A stretch of DNA of 64,000 bases from Myxococcales bacterium (GTDB lineage: Bacteria; Myxococcota_A; UBA9160; UBA4427), in contig DUCN01000086.1 in the NCBI GenBank assembly GCA_012959805.1, positions 4,002 through 68,001 of the forward strand. The letters run 5' to 3'. The notes beneath the pieces were generated by a model. It was not told the origin of the DNA and ran no database searches. It was given only the letters and a program-made list of their open reading frames with translations. The first letter of the stretch is position 1. Each line of letters starts with the position of its first letter. Shown here in pieces: positions 45,716 to 55,067 of this stretch. The position numbers were made by a program, and so were the translations under genes.

Positions 45716-46867
45716 CTAGAGGCTTGCGTACACGGCATCCACCAACCGGCGAGCCCGGGGATCGACTAGCCAAGCGCCGGTGTGCATGTTGTTCATGACA
45801 TAGCCAAGACCAATTCCCGCTTCTGGATCGCAGTAGCCAAGTGAGCCCCCAGCACCCGCGTGATTGAAGGCCTTGGGATTGGGACCGCAGGCTTCGCTAT
45901 CGGGCGAAAGCATGAACCCGCAGGCGATCTTGGTCGTCATCGCCAGGATGGCATCCATGCCCTCCGCCTGACAGCTGCGCGCATCTTCCAGAACATCGGC
46001 GGACAAGAGCCTTCCCCGCGCCAGTTCGCCGTAGATCGTCGCGATCCCTGCTGCCGAGGCGTGTCCGTTTGCCGCAGGAATTTCTGCGGCACGCCATGGC
46101 CGACTGTTGTGAATTTCAGTGCCGAGTAGCTGTGGATTATTGAAGGCACGAGCCGTCATGCCTTCCGGATTCGCAAGGACTTCCCCAAACAGACTGTCCG
46201 CGCCGGCTTCGATCTGGACGGGGCCAGCAATCAGCGGCGCGACGCGTTCGTCGAACTCCGGGCCAAAACCAATCATGAAGTCGGCACCGAGGGGCTCAGC
46301 GAATTCCGTCGCGAAGTAGCTTCCCAGACTCCGGCCGGTGATCCGGCGAACGATCTCTCCGACCAGCCATCCAAACGTCACGGCGTGATATCCGTGTTTC
46401 GTTCCCGGCGTCCACCAGGGCTTCTCCTCGGCCAGCGCTTCAACCATTAGATCCCAGTCGAAGAACGCCTCTTGCGGGAGCGCTTTTCGCACCGCGGGCA
46501 GCCCTGCCTGATGGCTGATGAGTTGCCGCACAGTGATCTGCCCCTTGTCTTTTTGGGCGAACTCTGGCCAGTAGTGCGCGACGGTCTCGTCGAGGTCGAG
46601 GCGCCCCTCGTCCACCAGCCGATGGGCACACAGCGCCGTCATCCCCTTCGTCGTCGAAAAGACGTTGGCCAAGGTGTCGCTCTGCCAATCGCGACTGTGT
46701 TCGGCATCCATGGATCCGCCCCAGAGGTCTACGACCCGCTCACCATCTTGCACGACGCAAACGCCAGCACCAATCTCGGCACCGCTCACGAAGGCGGCTT
46801 CGAAAATTTCGCGAACGGCATGGAAGCGATCGTCGCAGTGGCCAAGTGCTTGGAAATCAGTCGGCAT
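45716..46867 (-). CDS. Serine hydrolase, beta-lactamase/esterase (class C, EstB-like) family
   Basis: The SxxK motif is FSTTKGMTALCA, and YHAVTFGW is also present. The size is 383 aa. Confidence 0.8.
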   Translation of the reverse strand: MPTDFQALGHCDDRFHAVREIFEAAFVSGAEIGAGVCVVQDGERVVDLWGGSMDAEHSRDWQSDTLANVFSTTKGMTALCAHRLVDEGRLDLDETVAHYWPEFAQKDKGQITVRQLISHQAGLPAVRKALPQEAFFDWDLMVEALAEEKPWWTPGTKHGYHAVTFGWLVGEIVRRITGRSLGSYFATEFAEPLGADFMIGFGPEFDERVAPLIAGPVQIEAGADSLFGEVLANPEGMTARAFNNPQLLGTEIHNSRPWRAAEIPAANGHASAAGIATIYGELARGRLLSADVLEDARSCQAEGMDAILAMTTKIACGFMLSPDSEACGPNPKAFNHAGAGGSLGYCDPEAGIGLGYVMNNMHTGAWLVDPRARRLVDAVYASL

Positions 46868-47099
46868 CGCAGTTCCCCCGTGAATGAGATAAGGGTCACT
46901 AGCATATCAGGATTGTTAGAAATTGATCCTCGCCGCGACCATTCGAGAGTCGCGACAGACGAGGTCGCACGTTCGGCAGCCAGACCTGTATAGTTGTCCT
47001 TGTCGGAAATATCGGAGAGTTCGGCGATGGCTCTGTCGGCAGTCAGTGCACTGTTCACGAGCGAAGCCCTTACGAATTGGTTCCAAGGAGAATATTGAG

Positions 47100-48146
47100 A
47101 TGAAGATCAGCACACAGCTCGGCTACTCAGGCGGTTTCTTCGAGACCGTGGCGGAAGTTCAGGAACTCGAAAAGGCTGGTCTTGACCTAGTCTGGGTCGC
47201 GGAGGCCTACGGCTTCGATGGCGTATCCCTCATGGGGTATCTCGCTGCGAAGACAGAGACGGTTCGGATCGCGTCGGGCATCCTGCCAATCTATACGCGC
47301 ACGCCCACGCTATTGGCGATGACGGCGGCCGGAGTCGACGCGCTTTCCAATGGTCGTGCGGTCCTCGGTCTCGGCGCTTCGGGCCCGCAGGTCATCGAAG
47401 GATTTCATGGCGTGGTCTACGACGCCCCAGTGACGCGGACCCGGGAGATCATCGAGATTTGTCGAAAAGTCTGGAAGCGCGAACGCCTCGAGTTCACCGG
47501 CAAGAAATACAAGATGCCTCTCGGACCCGATGAGGGAACGGGCCTGGGGAAGCCGCTCAAGCTCATCACTCATCCGGTGCGTGAAGAGGTGCCGATCACG
47601 GTTGCTGCGCTCCGACCGAAAAGCGTCGAGATGACGGCGGAACTCGCGGATGGATGGCTTCCCATCTTCTACCACGCGGAGAAGGCCAACCAACAGTGGG
47701 GTGAAGCGCTGGCTGCGGGTCGTGCCAAGCGCGATCCAAGCCGCGCGCCGCTCGAAGTGTTTGCAGGCGGCGCCGTCGGGATCGGCGAAGGACTCGAAGA
47801 CATGCGCGGTCTCGGCCGACACATGACCGCGCTCTATGTCGGCGGGATGGGAGCGCGAGGCAAGAATTTCTACAACGAGATCTTCGCTGGCTATGGCTAC
47901 GAGAAGGAAGCCAAGCTGATTCAGGACCTGTATCTGGACGGCAAGAAGCAAGAGGCAGCCGCAGCAATTCCGGATTCCTTCATCGAGGCGACTACACTGA
48001 TCGGGCCAGAGGGTTTCGTGAAGGAACGACTTGCTGCCTTGAAGGAGTCCGGCGTAACAACCCTGAACGTCATGCTGACCGGAAATACAACAGAAGAACG
48101 CGTACAGACCCTCGACAAGCTTCGCAATCTGGTCGCAATGCTCTAA
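47100..48146 (+). CDS. LLM-class (luciferase-like) flavin/F420-dependent oxidoreductase
   Basis: The ORF starts at 46923, but ATG 47100 has an AAGGAGA RBS and gives MKISTQLGYSGGF...LDLVWVAEAYGFDGVSLMGYLAAKTETVRIASGILPIYTRTP, a typical LLM TIM-barrel N-terminus. Confidence 0.85.
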   Translation: MKISTQLGYSGGFFETVAEVQELEKAGLDLVWVAEAYGFDGVSLMGYLAAKTETVRIASGILPIYTRTPTLLAMTAAGVDALSNGRAVLGLGASGPQVIEGFHGVVYDAPVTRTREIIEICRKVWKRERLEFTGKKYKMPLGPDEGTGLGKPLKLITHPVREEVPITVAALRPKSVEMTAELADGWLPIFYHAEKANQQWGEALAAGRAKRDPSRAPLEVFAGGAVGIGEGLEDMRGLGRHMTALYVGGMGARGKNFYNEIFAGYGYEKEAKLIQDLYLDGKKQEAAAAIPDSFIEATTLIGPEGFVKERLAALKESGVTTLNVMLTGNTTEERVQTLDKLRNLVAML

Positions 48147-48194
48147 GGGCGTGCTTGTCCACCTCTAACGCCTAACGGGAAGAAGGGAATATGT

Positions 48195-48632
48195 ATGTCA
48201 CTTCCGAACTCCGCCCATTGGCTGAGCGCTCTTGAAGTCGGTACTGGGATCGCTCGCAGGGAGTTCTCGTCGCTCGAGATGACGACGGCCATGCACCAGC
48301 GAATCGAAGACCTCGACTCTCGCTATAGAGCCTACACGGCGGTCATGGCCGATCGGACGCTGACGCAAGCGAAGGCCCTCGAAAACCTCTCACCACAAAG
48401 CCGAGTGCGGCCATCGGCCAGCAGGGCTTCGATTTCGCGAGCCCTCGCCGAGATTCGCCACGTGACCGGTGAAGGTATCCTCGGAGATCTCCCCGTTTCT
48501 GAATCGGCGATAGAAGTCGCTTCGACTTGTGGGTCAGGCTCGGCCGAAACGATGCAGCGCGGCTTCCAGCAGTCACTCGGCGTATCATCATCGGAGTACC
48601 GTACACGGTTCACGCGCCCCACCGCGGCTTAG
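48195..48632 (+). pseudogene. Chimeric ORF: amidase-signature N-terminal fragment fused in-frame to an AraC-family C-terminal HTH fragment
   Basis: Residues 1 to ~62 (WLSALEVGTGIARREFSSLEMTTAMHQRIEDLDSRYRAYTAVMADRTLTQAKALE) match the conserved amidase N-terminus. The last ~45 residues (SAIEVASTCGSGSAETMQRGFQQSLGVSSSEYRTRF) match the second HTH of AraC/XylS regulators. Neither catalytic nor sensor domain is present. Confidence 0.55.
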
Positions 48633-48709
48633 GAGTTATCGAGCCAAGTCGAATCCATTCTAAAATTTCAGAGCGGTCCCGCGACTGCCTAATCCAGGAG
48701 AGTCCGATC

Positions 48710-49783
48710 ATGCAACTTGGCGTCTGCGTGGCCTCACATATAGGAGACATCAACTACGTCGTACGCGCTGAGGCGCTCGGCTTCAGTCACGCCTGGCTGG
48801 CCGATAGCCAGATGATCTGGTCCGACTGTTATGCCACCCTGGCGCTGGCCGCGCAGGCGACCACGACGATTCAACTCGGAACCGGCGTCGCCGTTTCGGG
48901 AACGCGTCCGCCCTCGGTCAACGCCGCCGGGATTGCGACGATCAATGCGTTGGCGCCCGGCCGAACCTTCATGGGCGTCGGCGCGGGCAACACCGCCATG
49001 CGCATCATGGGTGAGCGCCCGCAGCGGATCGCCGACTTCGATCGCTATCTCGAAAGCCTGCGGCCCTTGTTAAAAGGGCAGGAGGCACGCGTACGGATCG
49101 GTGACGAAGACCGCCCTATCGTTCATGCCATGCCCGATCGCGGCTTCGTGAATTTCGAAGATCCGATTCCCCTGTATGTGTCCGGGTTCGGCCCGCGATC
49201 CCTGGGGCTGGCCGGTCGTCATGGAGACGGCGCAGTGCTGCCCTTCCCGCCTCATCCAAACGTGATGCAACATTTCTGGAAGCTCATCGATGCGGGTGCC
49301 GCCGACGCCGATCGGACGATCGACCGTGCGACGTTCCTGACCACTGCGCTCACGACGATGTCGGTCCTTGACGACGGAGAAACCACGGACTCACCCCGCA
49401 TTCGCGATGAATGTGGGGCCTTCGCGATGGCCACCGTGCACTTCGCCTATGACCAGTGGCGACAATTCGGTCACGCACCGCCCGCCTTCCTTGGCGAGAT
49501 CTGGGACGACTACTGCGCCATGCTGAAGGACGTCCCCGACGATCGACTGCATCAGCGGATCCATTCGGGCCACAATTGCTGGGTGATTCCCGAAGAGGAG
49601 CACTTCGTCACGTCGGAGATCATCGAATCGACGTGCCTGGTGGGAACGGCCGACGAGATCGTTGGACGGCTACAGGCGCTCTCCGCCTCAGGTCTTGATC
49701 AGGTGATGATCCTGCCAGCCTTCGAACCGCGATACCGGGTTCTGGAGCGGATCGGTGCCGAGGTTCTCCAGCGGGTCGCGTGA
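48710..49783 (+). CDS. LLM-class flavin/F420-dependent oxidoreductase
   Basis: ATG 48710, preceded by an AGGAGAG RBS, gives MQLGVCVASHIGDINYVVRAEALGFSHAWLADSQMIWSD. The C-terminal stretch CLVGTADEIVGRLQALSASGLDQVMI is typical of LLM proteins. Confidence 0.85.
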   Translation: MQLGVCVASHIGDINYVVRAEALGFSHAWLADSQMIWSDCYATLALAAQATTTIQLGTGVAVSGTRPPSVNAAGIATINALAPGRTFMGVGAGNTAMRIMGERPQRIADFDRYLESLRPLLKGQEARVRIGDEDRPIVHAMPDRGFVNFEDPIPLYVSGFGPRSLGLAGRHGDGAVLPFPPHPNVMQHFWKLIDAGAADADRTIDRATFLTTALTTMSVLDDGETTDSPRIRDECGAFAMATVHFAYDQWRQFGHAPPAFLGEIWDDYCAMLKDVPDDRLHQRIHSGHNCWVIPEEEHFVTSEIIESTCLVGTADEIVGRLQALSASGLDQVMILPAFEPRYRVLERIGAEVLQRVA

Positions 49784-49811
49784 TGCCGGCTTCACTGGCT
49801 GGCACAGCGGC

Positions 49812-50108
49812 TCAAGCCCAGTGCTTTGCAATCAGCTTTGCGACATCACGACCGCTGGCACAGGCAGCCGCTGTGTGCGCACCGGCCACGTATTCTCCCG
49901 CAAAATACAACCCATTTCGCTGCTTGCGTTGCTCTTGCAGCACCTCGAATATCCGAGTCACATAGCCGATCGCCATGTAACACAAATCGTCGCAGGAGTA
50001 GTCGGCGATGAAGCGCATGTGCGCGAGCGGATTCGAATGCGCCGCGATGCGGGCATCAACGAATTCATGCTGCACCCAATCATTCTCGGAAAATGGGGCT
50101 TCTTTCTC
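49812..50108 (-). pseudogene. C-terminal remnant of an FAD-dependent (amine oxidase/desaturase-type) oxidoreductase
   Basis: Only about 98 codons are open after a TAG. They end in ...NGLYFAGEYVAGAHTAAACASGRDVAKLIAKHWA*, the C-terminal FAD-binding motif. No N-terminal Rossmann part is present. Confidence 0.55.
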
Positions 50109-50275
50109 CTACACTCTCGGTCATTTCGCATTTCGGGCCGCAACGCTCGACGACTTTCGGAGCATCCACCCAAACTTGATCGCTCGGATGGGAAGTAAAA
50201 GCGGGGTTTCGGCGATGGTCGATAACTAGGAGCTATGTCAAATCGAACGAGATTACCGATCCGGGGAAGGCCTAG

Positions 50276-50489
50276 CAGGCCGTCAAGCAGTTCCATCGCC
50301 CAATGCTGACGATCTATAGCGACCAGGACCAGGTGGCGAAGGGCGGCGAGCAACGCTTCATCGCGGAAGTGCCGGGCTGCAAGGGACAGCCGCACGGGAT
50401 GCCGCGAAGGCGGCAGGCACTTCTTGCAAGAGGACATCCCGGACGCATGGCGCGCGCAATTCATGCCCTGGCTCAAGGCGACGCGATGA
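50276..50489 (+). pseudogene. Frameshifted C-terminal remnant of a haloalkane-dehalogenase-like alpha/beta hydrolase
   Basis: ...FHRPMLTIYSDQDQVAKGGEQRFIAEVPGCKGQPH is followed, after a +1 shift near 50395, by GGRHFLQEDIPDAWRAQFMPWLKATR*. This contains the catalytic-His region GHFxQED. It opens directly after a TAG, and no N-terminal part is present. Confidence 0.5.
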
Positions 50490-50514
50490 ACACTTCGAAG
50501 GATGAACGGCGAGA

Positions 50515-51630
50515 TTGATGCACGATGACGCGACAGAACTGATCGTCTACGGCTCGGCGATCTCTTACTACACGGGAAAGTTCGAGGGATACCTCCGCTA
50601 CAAAGAGATCCCGTATCGCTTCGTCCCGTTCTCGCCGAAGGTTTCGCGCCGCCTCGAACAGGAAACCGGCACAGCCCAGATGCCCGCGGTCGAACTCCCC
50701 GACGGTCGGTTCATGACCGACACCACTCCGATGATCGACTGGTTCGAGACACGCCATCCGGAATCCGCGGTGATCCCCCGCGACCCGCTTCAAGCCTTCG
50801 TCAGCCGTCTGGTCGAGGACTATGCGGAGGAATGGCTTTGGCGACCTGCGATGCATTTCCGCTGGAGCTATCAGCCGGACGCCCTCCTCCTCAGCCGGAA
50901 GATCGCGGACGAAATTCTCCGCGGGATTTCAGTGCCCGGCTTCGCGAAACGCTTCGTAATGCGACAAAGGCAGGGCAGCTTCTATGTCCGCCGCGACGGC
51001 GTGACGCACAAAACCTGGGACCATGTCGAATCCATCTACTTCGACACCCTGGATCGCCTTTCGGACATCTTCGCCACGCGGCCCTTCTTATTAGGCGAGG
51101 TTCCTACCTTGGCCGACTTCGGTTTCTTCGCATCGATGTTCCGACACTTCTCGCAAGACCCGACCCCGGCCGAGATCATGCGGACGCGCGCGCCCGCAGT
51201 CTTTGAATGGCAGGCTCGCCTTTGGAATGCGCGAGCGAGCAAGACGAGGGGCGGACTCGTCTCGGGTGTTCCGAAGGACTGGACACCGTTTCTCGACGAC
51301 ATAGGACAGGCGTACCTCCCCTATCTCTGTGCCAACGCGGAAGGCTTCGCGTCAGGTCGGAGCCGACACGACGCGACGATCCAAGGTGTCCGATATCGCA
51401 ACCTACCCGTCTCGCAGTATCGGGTCTGGTGCCTCGAGCGGCTGCGGGCCCACTTCGAGGCGCTGCCCGATGAGACTCGCGCGCAGGCTCGGGCGCTCCT
51501 CGTGCGACACGCATGCTGGGAACCGCTCTGGCAAACCCCTAACCTTGAATCGCGCCACGACCCGGACGGCCAGGTTCCCTTCCAAGGTCGCAAGGTGCAC
51601 TACGACCCGCGACAAAAGAAGGAGTACTGA
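50515..51630 (+). CDS. Glutathione S-transferase-like protein (thioredoxin-like N-domain, long C-terminal domain)
   Basis: LIVYGSAISYYTGKFEGYLRYKEIPYRFV...QMPAVELPDGRFMTDTTPMIDWFE is a GST N-terminal fold. The C-terminal domain carries FLLGEVPTLADFGFFASMF. Confidence 0.65.
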   Translation: MMHDDATELIVYGSAISYYTGKFEGYLRYKEIPYRFVPFSPKVSRRLEQETGTAQMPAVELPDGRFMTDTTPMIDWFETRHPESAVIPRDPLQAFVSRLVEDYAEEWLWRPAMHFRWSYQPDALLLSRKIADEILRGISVPGFAKRFVMRQRQGSFYVRRDGVTHKTWDHVESIYFDTLDRLSDIFATRPFLLGEVPTLADFGFFASMFRHFSQDPTPAEIMRTRAPAVFEWQARLWNARASKTRGGLVSGVPKDWTPFLDDIGQAYLPYLCANAEGFASGRSRHDATIQGVRYRNLPVSQYRVWCLERLRAHFEALPDETRAQARALLVRHACWEPLWQTPNLESRHDPDGQVPFQGRKVHYDPRQKKEY

Positions 51631-51633
51631 ATC

Positions 51634-52332
51634 ATGAGTGCGTCCGTGACTCAATGGCTGCTCCGAATCCTTCTATCCGTGGTGGTCCTGTTCCTGGCCG
51701 CATTCTGGCAGCTGTTCTTTTCCGCCCGGCCGCCGCTCACAACCGACCCGGCCACCCTTGCCGGTGACGGCAGCTTGATCGACTACTGCGATCGGCCTGT
51801 GCTGGACGGCAGTGGGAAAATGGCGGCGGACATTCCGAAAGGGAATACGCCCGGTTGCGGCTACGACCACTTCCCTCTACCGATCCTGGCCGAGTGCACC
51901 GAGCCTCTCACCTCTGGCACTGCGGATATTCGCGGTCTCTGGATCGGAGTCGAAGGCGGACACGTCGGCCATGTGGAACGCCTAGAACAATGCGGCCGTC
52001 GCACGGTCGTGACCTCCTCAGGACTCATTCATGATTCCGGCCCTAACAGCACGCTCGGTGAAACCTCCAACGACACGGAAGGCGCCGTATTGTTCACCAT
52101 CGGGGACAAGGAATACTGCCCACGGACCTCAGCCAGCATGATCTGGAACAACGGCGTGCTCGACTTCCACGTGTTCGGATGGGGCCCCGTCGTCGTCCAA
52201 CGTTACCTCGACGGCAAGCAGCTCGTCTGGGAGTACGCCGACGGCAGCACGACGCGGATGGATCGAATCTGCACCCTTCCCGAAGATCAGAAGCTTCCCA
52301 AACAGAGGGGCTCGCGTTACTCATTCTTCTAG
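51634..52332 (+). CDS. Hypothetical membrane-anchored protein
   Basis: It starts 4 nt after the upstream stop. A single N-terminal TM helix (WLLRILLSVVVLFLAAFWQLFF) precedes a ~190-aa Cys-containing soluble domain. I recognise no family. Confidence 0.5.
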   Translation: MSASVTQWLLRILLSVVVLFLAAFWQLFFSARPPLTTDPATLAGDGSLIDYCDRPVLDGSGKMAADIPKGNTPGCGYDHFPLPILAECTEPLTSGTADIRGLWIGVEGGHVGHVERLEQCGRRTVVTSSGLIHDSGPNSTLGETSNDTEGAVLFTIGDKEYCPRTSASMIWNNGVLDFHVFGWGPVVVQRYLDGKQLVWEYADGSTTRMDRICTLPEDQKLPKQRGSRYSFF

Positions 52333-52532
52333 CCTCTCGCGAGCGCGACGCGGAGTCAGCGAAGTGCCCGGGGGAGTGAAACGGCCGGCGCGAGCTCATG
52401 CGGCACGTGCGCGCTCGAACTCCAGAACGTACCTTTCGTCTGGCCTGCTGCGGCCAAAAGAGGGGTCGTTCGTCGGACCGCGCTTCGGCTAGAGCGTGAC
52501 CGGCGAATCGCGCTCCAGGAGAGTCAGCCATC

Positions 52533-53774
52533 ATGAGTTCGATCCCGGTCGAGTTTGATCCAAAGTCCATCGAGTCCAAGTCGGCGCCCGAGGCGCGCAT
52601 GTACCACACCGAGGTGACGTCGAACGAGCCTATGACGTCGATGCTCGCGAACAACCCGGAGATTTACTTCGTGCCTCCCAAGCGCAGCAGTGAGTGGGGC
52701 CACTGGGAGTTCAAGAAGGGGTCTTACTACGACACGACGACTGGCTCCAAGCACGCGTACTGGAAAGACAAGGACCTCCCGCAGCCCACCAAGAACATCG
52801 AGCAGCTCCGCCGCGACATGGTGACGTGGGGCTACTGCAAGGTCGAGGACGCGATGTCGGCTACGCAGGTGCAAGTAGTCCGCGACCGCGTCCTCGAACA
52901 GGCTGAGGGCGAGCGGCTCGCCGGCATCGCCCAGAGGACGCAAAGCGGCCAGAACATCAATTGCTGTGTGAACAAGGGGCTCTGCTTCGAGGCCTTCATC
53001 GAACAGCATCCCGACATCGTTCAGGGTGGACCCCTTCTCGAGCAGCTCATCACGGAGTGTCTGGGCCCTGGTTGGATTTGCGCCTCGCTGATCGCCGCAA
53101 TCTCTATCGAGGGGGGCGTGCCGCAGGCGCTGCACCAGGACCAAGGCATGGTCGCGCCTGACTCGCGCCATCCGATGTCGATCAACGTGCTGACGCCTGT
53201 GACCGATGTCGATGAGATCAACGGTGGCACGCTCATCATTCCCGGCAGTCACGTTGCGCTCTCCGAGGCTGTCCGGTCAGGCAAGCCGGTCGGCAAGCTT
53301 CCCCCGGCGATCAACCTGGATGCCAGGGCAGGCACCGCGGTGATCACCGACGGCCGATTGCTTCATGGCACCGGCATCAATCAAACCGGCACTCCGCGAA
53401 TCGTCATGCTCAACGGCATGCACAAGCCGTGGATGCGACAGCAAGAAAATTGGATGCTGTCGGTGCGTCCTGAAGTACTCGCGCGGGCGAGTTCGAAGTT
53501 GCTGCAGCGTATGGGCTTCCAGGCCTTCACCGGCGGGCAGACCAACGAAGGCCACGGGTTTGGCGCCTCGGGGCGCGCCGGAGAGGCCGCAGGCGCCACT
53601 GTGGGATTCCGATTGGCGGCCGACGGCGGAACGTATGAGCGCGTGGGCGAGCTTGGTCCGAACTCGACGGAAGAAGATCTGCGTGCTCCCTTTACCCTGC
53701 GCGAGGTGGTCGCCTGGGCAAGGGCCGGGGGCAAGAGCGCTCCCCTGGGCATCGGCGAGGCGGCTCGAAAGTAG
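52533..53774 (+). CDS. Phytanoyl-CoA dioxygenase (PhyH) family Fe(II)/2-oxoglutarate oxygenase
   Basis: It has ALHQDQG (the HxD facial triad), GGTLIIPGSH, and GRLLHGTGIN (distal His). The 413-aa product has N- and C-terminal extensions. Confidence 0.7.
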   Translation: MSSIPVEFDPKSIESKSAPEARMYHTEVTSNEPMTSMLANNPEIYFVPPKRSSEWGHWEFKKGSYYDTTTGSKHAYWKDKDLPQPTKNIEQLRRDMVTWGYCKVEDAMSATQVQVVRDRVLEQAEGERLAGIAQRTQSGQNINCCVNKGLCFEAFIEQHPDIVQGGPLLEQLITECLGPGWICASLIAAISIEGGVPQALHQDQGMVAPDSRHPMSINVLTPVTDVDEINGGTLIIPGSHVALSEAVRSGKPVGKLPPAINLDARAGTAVITDGRLLHGTGINQTGTPRIVMLNGMHKPWMRQQENWMLSVRPEVLARASSKLLQRMGFQAFTGGQTNEGHGFGASGRAGEAAGATVGFRLAADGGTYERVGELGPNSTEEDLRAPFTLREVVAWARAGGKSAPLGIGEAARK

Positions 53775-53927
53775 ACGGGTTCTACGGAGTCTATGTCCCT
53801 GTAACGCTTGTCCCTCATCTCACTACGAAGAAACGATCCAGAGCGGCGACGATTATCGAGGCTGACCGACACTCACCGGATCTGCTGGACTCGCCTTCGA
53901 TTCGGAGTGGACAAGTCGACGCTGCTC

Positions 53928-55067
53928 CTAGACCTGGAATGACTGGACAACGTCGATGATGTCGGCCTGCTCCTCGGACGTTAGGTCAGAAAACAACGGC
54001 AAGCGCACAAGGCAGTCGCTGACGCGTTCCGTGACCGGGCATTGGCCGGCTCGACCACCAAATTGCTGTCCCATCGTCGAGAGATGCAGCGGCTGATAAT
54101 GAAAGACTGCGAGAATTCCACTTCGCCCGAGGTGCTCGATCAGACGGGTTCGTGCGTCAAGTGACGGCAGAATCAAATAGAAGAGATGGCAGGCATGCTC
54201 CACATGCTCGGGAACCGTTGGAAGCTCAACTCCGTTACGCGCGGCCCAACCGGACAACTCTCTCTGGTAGTTTCCCCAGATCTCAAAGCGTCGAGCCTGC
54301 AGCGTTTCTCGCGCTTGAAACTGCCCGTAGAGAAAGGCCGCGAGAATTTCGGACGGCAGATAACTCGACCCGAGATCGACCCAGGTGTATTTGTCGACTT
54401 GGCCGCGCAAGAAGCGACTACGATCCGTCCCCTTTTCGCGAATGATCTCGGCGCGCTCGATCCAGTCCACGTCGTTCAAGAGAAGTGCACCGCCTTCGCC
54501 ACAGCTAAAATTCTTCGTCTCGTGGAAACTCTGCGTCGCCACTCGGCCAAAGCTGCCCAGAGGCTTCCCCTTGTAGCTCGCGAGTAGACCGTGCGCGTTG
54601 TCCTCGATGAGCGTGGCTCCGGCCTCGCTCGAGATCGCTTGTAATTCATCCATCTCACAAGAGATCCCACCGTAGTGAAGTGCCACGATGGCCTTCGTAC
54701 GACTCGTCACGCTTTCACGCAAGGTGCGCTCATCCAGGTTGAGGGTGTCGGGGTGAATGTCGGCGAAGATTGGCTTTGCACCGTGAAGCGCGAATGCACC
54801 CGCCGTCGTGACAAAGGCAAACGAAGGTACAATCACCTCGTCACCGGGTTCGAGCCGGAGTAGCAGCGCACACATTTCCAGCGCATGGGTACATGAAGTT
54901 GTCAGCAATGCACGCTCGGTGCCCGTCCAGGACTCGAGCATCTCACAACATCGCCGCGTAAACGGGCCGTCACCGGCCGTGTGCCCGCCCTCAATCGCCT
55001 CGCGAACATTCTCGAGTTCGGCACCAGCGATGGAGGGCCTATTGAATTGAATCCGATACTCACTCAC
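53928..55067 (-). CDS. wecE: dTDP-4-amino-4,6-dideoxy-sugar transaminase (DegT/DnrJ/EryC1 family, WecE-like)
   Basis: From memory it is collinear with E. coli WecE. Matching segments are FNRPSIAGAELENVREAI, DGPFTRRC, SFHETKN (PLP Lys), AEIIREKGTDRSRFLRGQVDKYTWVDLGSSYL, FHYQPLH and LRLPLF. Confidence 0.85.
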   Translation of the reverse strand: MSEYRIQFNRPSIAGAELENVREAIEGGHTAGDGPFTRRCCEMLESWTGTERALLTTSCTHALEMCALLLRLEPGDEVIVPSFAFVTTAGAFALHGAKPIFADIHPDTLNLDERTLRESVTSRTKAIVALHYGGISCEMDELQAISSEAGATLIEDNAHGLLASYKGKPLGSFGRVATQSFHETKNFSCGEGGALLLNDVDWIERAEIIREKGTDRSRFLRGQVDKYTWVDLGSSYLPSEILAAFLYGQFQARETLQARRFEIWGNYQRELSGWAARNGVELPTVPEHVEHACHLFYLILPSLDARTRLIEHLGRSGILAVFHYQPLHLSTMGQQFGGRAGQCPVTERVSDCLVRLPLFSDLTSEEQADIIDVVQSFQV

